DNA of 64,000 bases from Chitinophagales bacterium. GTDB taxonomy: Bacteria; Bacteroidota; Bacteroidia; Chitinophagales; JADIYW01. Within the stretch, counting starts at the first letter, position 1, and each line of letters starts with the position of its first letter. The notes below the pieces were generated by a model. The model saw nothing but the letters and a program-made list of their open reading frames with translations, searched no databases and was not told where the DNA came from. The stretch lies in assembly GCA_046329775.1 (NCBI GenBank), contig JAXLTX010000002.1, positions 449,567-513,566 of the forward strand, in the 5' to 3' direction. The position numbers and the translations under genes were made by a program. Shown piece after piece: positions 38,611-47,678 of the stretch.

Positions 38611-39852
38611 TTAAAAATTTACCGTGCTGATTGGCTGCAATGTGAAACCATCTCCGTAGCTGTATTGGATGATTTTATTTTTCCCTACCGCAATCAAATG
38701 AGAATCCAATGCTATCACATCTGTCACATCATCCGGATATGTATTCTTTAAACGTAGTGCAGAATGATCGCTTGCATCAAAGACATTTAATCCTCCGCCA
38801 TTTCCACTGCACACATATATTGCATTGTTCCTTACCCCCAAGCCCATCGGCTGACTCATCAGATAGGTTGAAATCAAGGTGGGGTTTGCCATATTGCTGA
38901 TATCAATCACATTGATCTGATCGGGGATACTGGCATTGCAAGTAGTTCCGCCTCTGAGCGTTATATATGCGATGGTTCCGTCCACCACTACCGGATCGCA
39001 GGAGGTGGCATGAGAAAATGCAGAAAGAAACTCTGGATTAAATTCATCTGTTGCATCCACGACATACATACCATTGGTAGACCCTATAAACAAATACTCG
39101 CCCTGTTTGAATAAGGTTTCAAACTGACCGCCTCCCAACCATTGATTCAGATAAACCGGCTTGTCAAAGAAGGTTCTGACGGGATTACTGATGTCAAACA
39201 CTCTTAACTGGTTGGATTCCACAGTATACAATGCATTTTTATTTATCTGGAAACGGGCATAAGAACCACCAGTGCCGATTGCCGGCATTGAGCTCATATC
39301 CTCCATAGTAGCGAAAATCGGCCCATTATAGGTATCTTTTGGGCGTTTTCTTTCTTCCAGTCTGAATCCAACAATAATCTGCTCATCCTGAACCGGATTT
39401 ATAGAATAGTCATAAAACTCCGCTTGCCGAGGATATATCGGAGAAAAACCGATTGAATTCTGTACCGTTTTCACCAGTCTCAAATTATTCATATCCGAAA
39501 TGTCAAATACCAATAAGTCAACATAATTATCGGCGTATAGATAGTTGCCTTTTACGGCAATATCATGCACACCTTGCAGATTTATAAAGGCCTTATTTAC
39601 CGGAGCCGCCGGGTTGCTGTTATCAAAGATGTGTATGCCAGACTCCTGTGCAATGTAGAATAAATTTGCACCCGTTACGTATACCTTACCATCAGCATGG
39701 GTGGTTCTTGCGCTCAGGATCTTTACATCATTTCTGATATCGCTCAGTGATTTTATTTCCGGAACAGCATACAAGGCTTTATCATTCTCTTTCCTGCAAC
39801 CGATTGCAAACAATAGGAAGAACGAAAGGATAAATGGTTTGAACGGGTTCAT
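38611..39852 (-). CDS. LVIVD-repeat beta-propeller lipoprotein
   Basis: Lipobox LLFAIGC. Recurrent LVIVD-type strands (IHIFDNSNPAAP, LLVFDISDMNNLRLV, LRVFDISNPV, MYVVDATDEFNP, INVIDISNMANPTLI, LNVFDASDHSALRL). Confidence 0.75.
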   Translation of the reverse strand: MNPFKPFILSFFLLFAIGCRKENDKALYAVPEIKSLSDIRNDVKILSARTTHADGKVYVTGANLFYIAQESGIHIFDNSNPAAPVNKAFINLQGVHDIAVKGNYLYADNYVDLLVFDISDMNNLRLVKTVQNSIGFSPIYPRQAEFYDYSINPVQDEQIIVGFRLEERKRPKDTYNGPIFATMEDMSSMPAIGTGGSYARFQINKNALYTVESNQLRVFDISNPVRTFFDKPVYLNQWLGGGQFETLFKQGEYLFIGSTNGMYVVDATDEFNPEFLSAFSHATSCDPVVVDGTIAYITLRGGTTCNASIPDQINVIDISNMANPTLISTYLMSQPMGLGVRNNAIYVCSGNGGGLNVFDASDHSALRLKNTYPDDVTDVIALDSHLIAVGKNKIIQYSYGDGFTLQPISTVNF

Positions 39853-39926
39853 AAAAAGGTAATTTCAGTTTTAAAACATTATCTTAAAAGTTAAATATAC
39901 AATTAATCCAGTACAATATCAAGATA

Positions 39927-39955
39927 AGAGAGGCAATTCTGCGGACTGCCTCTCT
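39927..39955 (-). terminator. hairpin downstream of the 39980..40648 gene
   Basis: agagaggca (39927..39935) pairs with tgcctctct (39947..39955) around an 11-nt loop. On the minus strand it is followed by ttatctt. Confidence 0.5.
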
Positions 39956-39979
39956 ACACTGTATTGATTAGTTAATCTT

Positions 39980-40648
39980 TTACATCAAAAACCATGGATA
40001 GATGTAAATTTTCATGGTATTTCCGTTTTTCATGGAAGCTTCCATATATACCAGACCAAATTTATGATTGGCTCTGTATGTGATTTTACTTACCAATGCC
40101 CCCATCACAGGATTAAAGGTGGTTTGTTCCACTTTTGTTGTTTTGATATACATCATACCGAAAGGAAAATCATCCACACCAGTTTTTTCCGTAACGGTTC
40201 GGGTGATCTTCACGCCATCTGATGTGGTAAAAGAATAGCTGTCGCCCACATTGGAATCATATTTCACCAATGTGAATGGCTTGCTGGCATCATTGATATA
40301 ATCCTGAATACCTTCTGATGTGATGCGCAATTTCACTTCAAAATTGGCTCTGTTCTGTGCATCCTTCAGATTGGCAGGAATCAGCGGCACTATGGCAGCC
40401 GAATCGGGATTTCCCGTGAAGTCCACCACGACCTTATAAGTTACATTGCCGTTGTCATTACTGACTACCGTCATAAACATTTCAGGGACCTCACCACCAT
40501 TCGTTTCTACATAAACGGAAGACTCTCTTCCCACTTTGGTCAATTCCAAATCTGTTTCGCCACCCAATTTGCCTAAATCATCTTTTTTGCAGGAAAATAT
40601 TGCTAAGATGAATCCTGCCATCATCATAAAATTTCTGGTCTTTCTCAT
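39980..40648 (-). CDS. lipoprotein, function unknown
   Basis: ORF 39980..40675; the ATG at 40648 gives MRKTRNFMMMAGFILAIFSCKKDD (lipobox). I recognise no motif. Confidence 0.55.
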   Translation of the reverse strand: MRKTRNFMMMAGFILAIFSCKKDDLGKLGGETDLELTKVGRESSVYVETNGGEVPEMFMTVVSNDNGNVTYKVVVDFTGNPDSAAIVPLIPANLKDAQNRANFEVKLRITSEGIQDYINDASKPFTLVKYDSNVGDSYSFTTSDGVKITRTVTEKTGVDDFPFGMMYIKTTKVEQTTFNPVMGALVSKITYRANHKFGLVYMEASMKNGNTMKIYIYPWFLM

Positions 40649-40668
40649 ATTATTTGTTTTTCTTAAAA

Positions 40669-40930
40669 TTATCATGCCTTGCAGCAGCTTATCTCTGAGA
40701 TTTATCAGTAAGGAACATGAGAATTATCAGTAACAGAAATTCTCTTGACGGTTTTATATTCACATTCTATCAACACGGTTATAAACTGTTTAAGTGGGCT
40801 TATCAACGTATATACATCTATAAATTAACATTATTACAAGGCTAACAAGTCTAATTATTTAATTATCAACTTCTAAACATAAGGTTCCACGATTTTCAAA
40901 TTATTAACATATTAACGTTCATTTTTATCA
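40669..40930 (+). promoter_or_regulatory. array of eight same-orientation TTATCA-core motifs in the AT-rich divergent spacer upstream of dnaB (function unknown)
   Basis: Read directly: ttatca at 40669, ttatct at 40689, ttatcagtaa at 40702 and 40724, ctatcaac at 40767, ttatcaac at 40800 and 40863, ttatca at 40925. All are on the plus strand. Confidence 0.45.
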
Positions 40931-40968
40931 AATTTTGAACGAACTTAATATTGTATTTTCGTCACCCC

Positions 40969-42489
40969 ATGGAAGAACAAACCACGAATAAACGAAGCAC
41001 AAGATTTACGCGCAATAAAACGGAAGATATTTCGAATATGTTGTATGGAAAAATACCGCCACAGGCACGTGAACTGGAAGAAGCGGTATTGGGTGCAATT
41101 CTGATTGAAAAGGATGCCATTTCCTATGTTTCAGATATTCTGAAGCCGGAAAGCTTTTATGTGGACGCACATGCCACCATTTTCCGTGCCGTGCAGAATT
41201 TATTCGGAAAATCACAACCTATCGATTTGCTCACGGTAGCAGATGACCTTAGAAAAAACGGAAAGCTCGAAGAAGTGGGTGGTGCATTTTATTTAAGTGA
41301 ACTGACCAACAAGATTGCCTCATCCGCCAATATAGAATACCACGCGCGTATTGTAATACAAAAATTCATTCAGCGTGAGTTGATTCGTATATCGAATGAT
41401 ATTATCCGGGATTCCTATGAAGATACCACCGATGTTTTTGACTTGCTGGATACTGCCGAGAAACGCATTTATGAAATAACGGATAAGAACCTTCGTAACT
41501 CCGTACAGGGTATCGGGCAGTTGGTTTCCAAATCCATCCTGCAGATTGACGGACTCATCAACCGCGATGACGGATTGCTGGAAGACTCTGTTCCGTCCGG
41601 ATATATCGAACTGGACAAGATGACCTCCGGATGGAAGGCAACGGATCTGGTTATCGTGGCTGCGCGTCCGTCCATGGGTAAAACTGCATTCGTACTGAAT
41701 CTGGCGCGCAATGCCGCCGTGGAATACAATATGCCGGTTGCGATTTTCTCCTTAGAGATGGGTGCCGTTCAGCTGGCAAAACGTCTGATATCGCTGGAGT
41801 GCGAGATTGATGCACAAAAAGTGGCCAATGGAAGAATGAGCGATACGGAATATGCCATCTTACGCGATAAGGTGGAAAAACTATCCTCCTCACCTATTTA
41901 CATCAATGATCAGCCGGCCATCAACGTGTATGAGTTGCGTGCACAATGCCGACGATTGCAGAATGCTCATGGCATAAAGATGGTCATCATCGACTACCTG
42001 CAGCTGATGAGCGGTGGCGGCGATAAGGGGATGAACCGTGAACAGGAAATCTCCAACATCTCCCGTTCCCTGAAAGGACTTGCCAAGGAATTAAACATCC
42101 CCGTGATAGCCCTGTCCCAGCTGAATCGAAGTGTCGAAACTCGAGGTGGCGACAAAAAACCACAGCTCTCCGACTTACGTGAATCCGGTTCGATTGAGCA
42201 GGATGCGGATATGGTAATGTTCCTATATCGCCCGGAATACTATAATATGAATGAAGGTCAGGATGGCGCATCTCTTAAAGGGGTAGCTGAAGTCATCATC
42301 GCAAAACACAGAAATGGTCCTGTGGGCAGTGTAGAACTCCGATTCAACAAAAACTTCGGACGTTTCTATGACGCGGGCGGCTTGTTTGAAGAAATGCAGG
42401 AATTTAACAGCTACAAGACAGTTCCGTCAAAGGGCAATTTTATGAAAGACGATGAAGCAAAGTCTTCAGATAATTTCGACATCTTCTAA
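40969..42489 (+). CDS. dnaB: replicative DNA helicase
   Basis: N-terminal domain PPQARELEEAVLGAILIEKDA. Walker A VAARPSMGKTAFVLN. Also IIDYLQLM, RSLKGLAKELNIPVIALSQLNR and SGSIEQDADMVMFLYR. ORF 40951..42489; the first ATG is at 40969. Confidence 0.95.
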   Translation: MEEQTTNKRSTRFTRNKTEDISNMLYGKIPPQARELEEAVLGAILIEKDAISYVSDILKPESFYVDAHATIFRAVQNLFGKSQPIDLLTVADDLRKNGKLEEVGGAFYLSELTNKIASSANIEYHARIVIQKFIQRELIRISNDIIRDSYEDTTDVFDLLDTAEKRIYEITDKNLRNSVQGIGQLVSKSILQIDGLINRDDGLLEDSVPSGYIELDKMTSGWKATDLVIVAARPSMGKTAFVLNLARNAAVEYNMPVAIFSLEMGAVQLAKRLISLECEIDAQKVANGRMSDTEYAILRDKVEKLSSSPIYINDQPAINVYELRAQCRRLQNAHGIKMVIIDYLQLMSGGGDKGMNREQEISNISRSLKGLAKELNIPVIALSQLNRSVETRGGDKKPQLSDLRESGSIEQDADMVMFLYRPEYYNMNEGQDGASLKGVAEVIIAKHRNGPVGSVELRFNKNFGRFYDAGGLFEEMQEFNSYKTVPSKGNFMKDDEAKSSDNFDIF

Positions 42490-42632
42490 TCTCCTGATTA
42501 GATTTTACCATTTAAAAAAATAGTTGTTGATACATGAATTTATTGACACAGGTCAATGTTATTCTGTATTATTCGACTTAACTTTGCCTTAACCTTATAG
42601 AAACACTAGAAACATAAAAATTCTCCCAAAAG

Positions 42633-42658
42633 CCGCCTTAAAGAAGGCGGTTTTTTTT
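42633..42658 (+). terminator. intrinsic terminator (hairpin plus T8) downstream of dnaB, overlapping the stop of the convergent small gene
   Basis: ccgcctt (42633..42639) pairs with aaggcgg (42644..42650) around a 4-nt loop, followed by tttttttt (42651..42658). The preceding aaaa makes it potentially bidirectional. Confidence 0.7.
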
Positions 42659-42980
42659 ATCTCTTCATTGGAAGCTTCAGCAAGGCTGAGGGATTTTCTT
42701 TTACATCTACGACAAATTGCTCCATATCTTCCTTAATCCTATGAATGCCGGGTATTCCAAATTTACCTAACAACTCATCGATCTTAAGTTGCATGGAGGT
42801 GTTAACCGTGTCGACATGCTCTCTTAAGTCTATTAAAAAAGTATCGACTATGCGCTTTCCTTCATCTTCCGTAAAATGATTGTTCTGAATCAAGTCTTCC
42901 ACCAGTTCCTTAAATTTCTCATTTGTCACAGATGCGACACCAATAGAAGTATAAACGAATTTCTTGATAATAGCTGACAT
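42657..42980 (-). CDS. small helical protein, possibly phasin-family (PHA granule regulator-like)
   Basis: 107 aa. The N-terminus KKFVYTSIGVASVTNEKFKELVEDLI...TEDEGKRIVDTF resembles COG3937-type phasin-like proteins as I remember them. This is unverified. Confidence 0.45.
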   Translation of the reverse strand: MSAIIKKFVYTSIGVASVTNEKFKELVEDLIQNNHFTEDEGKRIVDTFLIDLREHVDTVNTSMQLKIDELLGKFGIPGIHRIKEDMEQFVVDVKENPSALLKLPMKR

Positions 42981-43236
42981 GGTACAAATTTAAAAGAAAA
43001 CAAAATACCATGCTTATTATTTTATACTTTTTGCAGTGGATAACATTTGGTAAAAAAATGGCAACGGTTTTATGGAATCTTGAGTATTTATGTCTCTCAA
43101 TACATAAGAATGACTGAAAAAAGGATAACGAAAGCTGAGTAATCAAATTCTTACAGCCGGAATATCTGTATAGCTATTTCATAAAAAATTCTTTATTACG
43201 ATAACAATTCAATAAATTTGACAATCTGATTACACT

Positions 43237-44934
43237 ATGCTACCCAAAAAACGATGGACATATTTAGAAGCTGCTGAAGAGGAGGTAAATGAATTGCAAA
43301 AGCAATTAAATATTCATCCTGTTTTGTGTAAACTATTGGTCTTACGCAACATTAAGACTTATGACCAGGCTAAAGACTTCTTTCGTCCAAGCCTGGATAA
43401 ACTACACGATCCATTCCTGATGCGCGACATGGATTTGGCCGTATCCAGAATCGAAAAGGCGCTTGAAAACAAGGAACACATCCTAATCTACGGAGATTAT
43501 GATGTGGACGGCACCACTGCGGTTTCTTTGGTCTATTCCTTTTTTAAAGAAATCTACGAAGATGTTACATACTACATACCAGACAGATATACAGAAGGTT
43601 ATGGGATTTCATTTCAAGGAATAGATTTTGCTGCAGAAAAAAATGCAGGCTTGATTATTGCATTGGACTGCGGCATAAAGGCACACGACAAAGTAAGCTA
43701 TGCGAAAACCAAAGGGATTGATTTCATCATTTGCGACCACCATTTACCAGGAGATACCCTTCCGGATGCTGTAGCCATCCTCGACCCCAAAAGAAATGAT
43801 TGCACTTATCCCTTTGACGAGCTGAGCGGTTGTGGTATTGGCTTTAAGCTCATTCAGGCTTTTGCACAAAAAAATAATGTACTTAACGAAAAGATATATG
43901 AACAGTTAGACCTTGTTGCCGTAAGTATAGCTTCAGATCTTGTGCCAATTACGGGTGAAAACAGAATACTTGCCAAGTTTGGTGTTGACAAGGTAAACAC
44001 GAATCCGAGGGCAGGTTTCAAGGCATTGATGAGCGAACTGAAACTCAACCGCATTCTTGACATCACCGACCTGGTTTTTATTATAGGACCACGTATCAAT
44101 GCCGCAGGACGTATTTCTCACGGTAAAGAAGCGGTAACTCTGCTGATTGAAGAAGATTATGAAAAAGCCCTTGAAAAGACAAAAAAGGTTCAACAAAACA
44201 ATATTGACCGTAAAACGCTGGATAAAGACATCACAGAAGAGGCTTTTGCCATGTTAGACTCTAATGAAAGTCTCATTAATAAAAAATCTACCGTTCTGTA
44301 TCAGGAACACTGGCACAAGGGAGTGATTGGCATTGTTGCCTCCCGGTTAATTGAAAAATACCACAGACCTACCATCATTCTGGCATCATCGAACGGAAAA
44401 GCAGTCGGCTCCGGGCGTTCTGTGCCTGGCTTTGACCTCCATGATGCCATCGATGCCTGTAGTGAGCATCTGGTGCAATTTGGCGGTCATAAGTATGCTG
44501 CAGGACTTACCATTGAACTTGACAAAATAGAAGACTTTACAAATGCATTTGATAAAATAGTGAGTGCCAGAATTTTAGATGAACAACTGATACCACAGAT
44601 AGAAGTAGATGCGGAAATAGAATTATCAGACATCAACGAACGCTTTTTTAATATTCTGGAACAAATGGGCCCGTTTGGTCCGGGCAATATGCGTCCTAAC
44701 TTTGTGACCAAAGACGTGTATGACACCGGCTACAGCAAGGTATTGAACGGCAACCATCTAAAACTGAATATCCTGAAAGATGGACAAGACCCCAGAAACG
44801 GGGTGGGCTTTGGAATGGGTGACTATATGAAAGTCATACAGGAACAGGAAACCTTCGACATTTGCTATCAGCTATATGCCAATATATGGAACGGGCAAAC
44901 CAAAATTGAATTCAAACTGAAAGATTTGAGATAA
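43237..44934 (+). CDS. recJ: single-stranded-DNA-specific exonuclease RecJ
   Basis: DHH motifs [19 protein letters not shown] and ICDHHLP. The DHHA1 motif is FGGHKYAAG. The length is 565 aa. Confidence 0.95.
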   Translation: MLPKKRWTYLEAAEEEVNELQKQLNIHPVLCKLLVLRNIKTYDQAKDFFRPSLDKLHDPFLMRDMDLAVSRIEKALENKEHILIYGDYDVDGTTAVSLVYSFFKEIYEDVTYYIPDRYTEGYGISFQGIDFAAEKNAGLIIALDCGIKAHDKVSYAKTKGIDFIICDHHLPGDTLPDAVAILDPKRNDCTYPFDELSGCGIGFKLIQAFAQKNNVLNEKIYEQLDLVAVSIASDLVPITGENRILAKFGVDKVNTNPRAGFKALMSELKLNRILDITDLVFIIGPRINAAGRISHGKEAVTLLIEEDYEKALEKTKKVQQNNIDRKTLDKDITEEAFAMLDSNESLINKKSTVLYQEHWHKGVIGIVASRLIEKYHRPTIILASSNGKAVGSGRSVPGFDLHDAIDACSEHLVQFGGHKYAAGLTIELDKIEDFTNAFDKIVSARILDEQLIPQIEVDAEIELSDINERFFNILEQMGPFGPGNMRPNFVTKDVYDTGYSKVLNGNHLKLNILKDGQDPRNGVGFGMGDYMKVIQEQETFDICYQLYANIWNGQTKIEFKLKDLR

Positions 44935-45662
44935 TGATTCTACGCGCAGAACATTTAGTGAAAGCATACAGCAAACGTAAAGTGGTTGACAATGTCTCCA
45001 TTGAAGTGAAACAGGGTGAAATAGTAGGATTGCTGGGACCAAACGGCGCGGGAAAAACGACTACCTTTTATATGACCGTGGGGCTTGTAACCCCTAATGA
45101 GGGTAAAGTGTTCCTCAACGACAAAGACATCTCCAATGTTGCCATGTATAAACGTGCCAAACTGGGCATTGGCTATCTGCCCCAGGAAAATTCGGTTTTC
45201 AGAACACTCAGTGTAGAGGATAATATCAAGGCAATTCTGGAATTTACCGATTTGAAGAAATCCGAGCAGAAAGACAAACTGGAGCTCCTGATTGATGAGT
45301 TTGGCCTTAACCATGTGCGTAAAACGAAAGGAAAACTACTGTCCGGCGGTGAAAGGCGCAGAACAGAAATTGCAAGGGCACTGGCCTCCGACCCCAAATT
45401 CATCCTATTGGATGAACCATTCGCCGGTATCGACCCCATAGCCGTAGAAGACATACAGCAAATCGTAGAAAAACTGAAACTGAAAAATATAGGAATTCTC
45501 ATTACAGATCACAACGTACAGGAAACGCTCAGTATAACCGACAGAGCCTATCTGCTATTCGAAGGTAAGATTCTGAAACAAGGCAGTGCAGAAGAACTAG
45601 CTTCTGATGAACAAGTACGTAAGGTATATCTAGGGCAAAATTTTGAGTTGAGAAAAAAATGA
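44934..45662 (+). CDS. lptB: LPS export ABC transporter ATP-binding protein
   Basis: Walker [10 protein letters not shown], signature [15 protein letters not shown], Walker [14 protein letters not shown], and the C-terminal [10 protein letters not shown] typical of LptB. Its start overlaps the recJ stop by 1 nt (TAATG). Confidence 0.9.
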   Translation: MILRAEHLVKAYSKRKVVDNVSIEVKQGEIVGLLGPNGAGKTTTFYMTVGLVTPNEGKVFLNDKDISNVAMYKRAKLGIGYLPQENSVFRTLSVEDNIKAILEFTDLKKSEQKDKLELLIDEFGLNHVRKTKGKLLSGGERRRTEIARALASDPKFILLDEPFAGIDPIAVEDIQQIVEKLKLKNIGILITDHNVQETLSITDRAYLLFEGKILKQGSAEELASDEQVRKVYLGQNFELRKK

Positions 45663-45665
45663 TAT

Positions 45666-46127
45666 TCAACTCACCAGCAAGCGTTTATCAAAATCAAACA
45701 CAGATATATTTTCAATTCTTACCTTATTGAAATCTTTATGCAAGGGATTTATCAGGTAATTAAACTCTTCCGGCAAGATGATAGATGGCACCTTCAATAC
45801 AAGTGATTGATGCGATTGAATCCATTTATCGCCAATTCCATTAAATTGAGCATTCACACCTCGTTTACCCAATTCTTCTTTTATTTCTCTGTGTTTTATT
45901 TCCTGAAAAGAGGTATTATCCGGCATTTCTATCGTGATCAGTCTCAGATCATCCGGAACAAAACCATTCGTAGTGTGTACCAGTATCTCCAATAAAGCCA
46001 GCGACCGATAAGACGAGGTGTATAGTATGGCATTACCCGGCGAATTCCAGCGTCCTCCATTTAAACGCGCACCTGTTCCGTTTAAGTCATTTGCAAATTT
46101 TTGTCGGGAAATTCTATATACGAACAT
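45666..46127 (-). CDS. RES-domain toxin (NAD+-targeting type II TA toxin family, MbcT/ParT-like)
   Basis: RISRQKFANDLNGTGARLNGGRWNSPGNAILYTSSYRSLALLEILVH contains the conserved R...S...E context. It is 153 aa and lies immediately downstream of an Xre/DUF2384 gene. Confidence 0.85.
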   Translation of the reverse strand: MFVYRISRQKFANDLNGTGARLNGGRWNSPGNAILYTSSYRSLALLEILVHTTNGFVPDDLRLITIEMPDNTSFQEIKHREIKEELGKRGVNAQFNGIGDKWIQSHQSLVLKVPSIILPEEFNYLINPLHKDFNKVRIENISVFDFDKRLLVS

Positions 46128-46141
46128 TACTGAACGGATAA

Positions 46142-46621
46142 TTATGCAAAAATACCGTGCTCAATTCTTCCCAATTCTTGTTCTAATAATTCAAAACCGA
46201 AGATGGTATCTAAGAATGAAATGGGCTGCTCATTGTTAAAAATCAGTATGGAGGCTTTCATCCAACCTTTGAATTTATCCAATGTACCAAAAACATCAGC
46301 ACCTCTCTCGTATAAACGCTGCAAATGCAGTGCACGCTCAGAAGCATCTTTGCTGAGCACGTCTTTATCTTCGTATCGCTGCAGGGTTCGCTCTGAGATA
46401 TTTAAAACAGCTGCCATTTCTTTTAAGGTTAAATCGTATCGCTTCATCAAATTTTCTATTTGATACATGGCCATTCCATTTCTGGATTTGTTAATTAAAA
46501 GATGGGCATCGTCTTTTACAATAGAGGAATATGAAGACTCCGTATAATAAGGCATTTCTTTATCCATTACCTGTATGGCTGGTTGTTCTTTGATGGGATA
46601 TCTTGCTGGCTTCTTTTTCAA
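46142..46621 (-). CDS. Xre-family antitoxin with a C-terminal toxin-binding (DUF2384 / MbcA-ParS type) domain
   Basis: HTH region LTLKEMAAVLNISERTLQRYE. The C-terminal region is FKGWMKASILIFNNEQPISFLDTIFGFELLEQELGRIEHG. The ORF-track start at 46621 is a TTG; in-frame ATGs at 46567 and 46555 are alternative starts. Confidence 0.8.
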   Translation of the reverse strand: MKKKPARYPIKEQPAIQVMDKEMPYYTESSYSSIVKDDAHLLINKSRNGMAMYQIENLMKRYDLTLKEMAAVLNISERTLQRYEDKDVLSKDASERALHLQRLYERGADVFGTLDKFKGWMKASILIFNNEQPISFLDTIFGFELLEQELGRIEHGIFA

Positions 46622-46623
46622 AC

Positions 46624-46668
46624 TACGACATTTGTCTCAAAATTAATGCATTTTGTCGTAATTATCAA
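46624..46668 (-). promoter_or_regulatory. candidate promoter and operator of the RES/Xre operon
   Basis: On the minus strand, cTTG (plus 46666..46668), then 20 nt, then TAATTTTG (plus 46638..46645). The inverted repeat TACGACA (46624..46630) / TGTCGTA (46654..46660) brackets the -7 box. Confidence 0.4.
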
Positions 46669-46675
46669 GTTTTTT

Positions 46676-47677
46676 TTACAAAAAATGTTTTTCGTTTTTC
46701 ATTACATTTTCCAAGGTCCACTCAATTTTTTGCTCAAAAGAAGATTGGCGAACATTGCAGTCAAATTTGGTACAGCTTTTACAGGATTTGGGATGACAGG
46801 GATCTGCATGAATGAAGGTTTCTAAATTATTGGGAATGATATCTTTGATATTCTCTTCCACTAATTTCAGTTCATCGTGTACTTCATTTGCATTGAAATA
46901 CCAGGGAACGGTCGTATGGCAGTCAATATGTATCTTTTCCCCGAATTTGATGATACGAAGGTTATGTATGTCTATCCAGTTCTCGCGTCGTTTATCATTT
47001 AAATGATATACCACTTTATCCAGCAGCGCAAAATCAGCCTCATCCATGATACCTGCCACAGACTTCTTTAGAATCTTATACCCGCTGAATATAATCAGAA
47101 ACCCCATCAGGATAGCCACCACATTGTCAATCCAGAACATTTTGGTCAGCAGAATCAATCCCAGCCCCAGCAATAAGCCAATGGTCGTATATGCATCTGA
47201 TTTTAAATGCTCGCCACTGGCAATCAGCGTCAGAGAACTGTTCTTCTCCCCGCTTTTAACTGCCATATTCCCCAAAATATAGTTTACTATTCCGGAAATA
47301 ACAATCAGTACCAATCCAATATCCAGATTTCCAAGAACAACCGGAAAGAAAAAATTATAGCATGATTTTACAATCATGATCAGGCCGGCAGAGAAAATAA
47401 GACTCCCCTCAATGCTGGCAGAAATAAATTCTATCTTGCCATGGCCATATGGGTGATCCTCATCGTGCGGCTTCGAAGCCAGGTAAAGGCTATACAATCC
47501 GAAAAAGCCTGCAACAATATTGATGATGCTTTCCAGCGCATCCGTCAATACGGCATTGGAATGTGTTTTGAAATAGGCAAAGAACTTCAACCCAAGCAAA
47601 ATAAAACCTACAGCCAAAGTAAAGGCCTGAACGGCGATTTTCTCCCTGCCATTTGGTGTCTGTTGTGCGATACTCAT
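46676..47677 (-). CDS. cation diffusion facilitator (CDF) family metal efflux transporter with a Cys-rich C-terminal extension
   Basis: TM-rich N-terminus with SNAVLTDALESIIN and HDEDHPYGHGKIEF. It has a cytoplasmic C-terminal domain and the tail HADPCHPKSCKSCTKFDC. ORF 46676..47716; the ATG at 47677 sits 1 nt after the upstream gene's stop. Confidence 0.85.
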   Translation of the reverse strand: MSIAQQTPNGREKIAVQAFTLAVGFILLGLKFFAYFKTHSNAVLTDALESIINIVAGFFGLYSLYLASKPHDEDHPYGHGKIEFISASIEGSLIFSAGLIMIVKSCYNFFFPVVLGNLDIGLVLIVISGIVNYILGNMAVKSGEKNSSLTLIASGEHLKSDAYTTIGLLLGLGLILLTKMFWIDNVVAILMGFLIIFSGYKILKKSVAGIMDEADFALLDKVVYHLNDKRRENWIDIHNLRIIKFGEKIHIDCHTTVPWYFNANEVHDELKLVEENIKDIIPNNLETFIHADPCHPKSCKSCTKFDCNVRQSSFEQKIEWTLENVMKNEKHFL

Positions 47678-47678
47678 A

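Noticed and set aside
34696-43166. A shared ~20-nt segment, ttcttacagccgg(c/a)at(t/a)tct, occurs in two intergenic regions (near 34698 and 43148). A partial third copy, ccggcatttct, lies at 19294.
   Set aside because: The exact match is only 13 nt, which is within chance expectation. There is no flanking inverted repeat or MITE-like structure.
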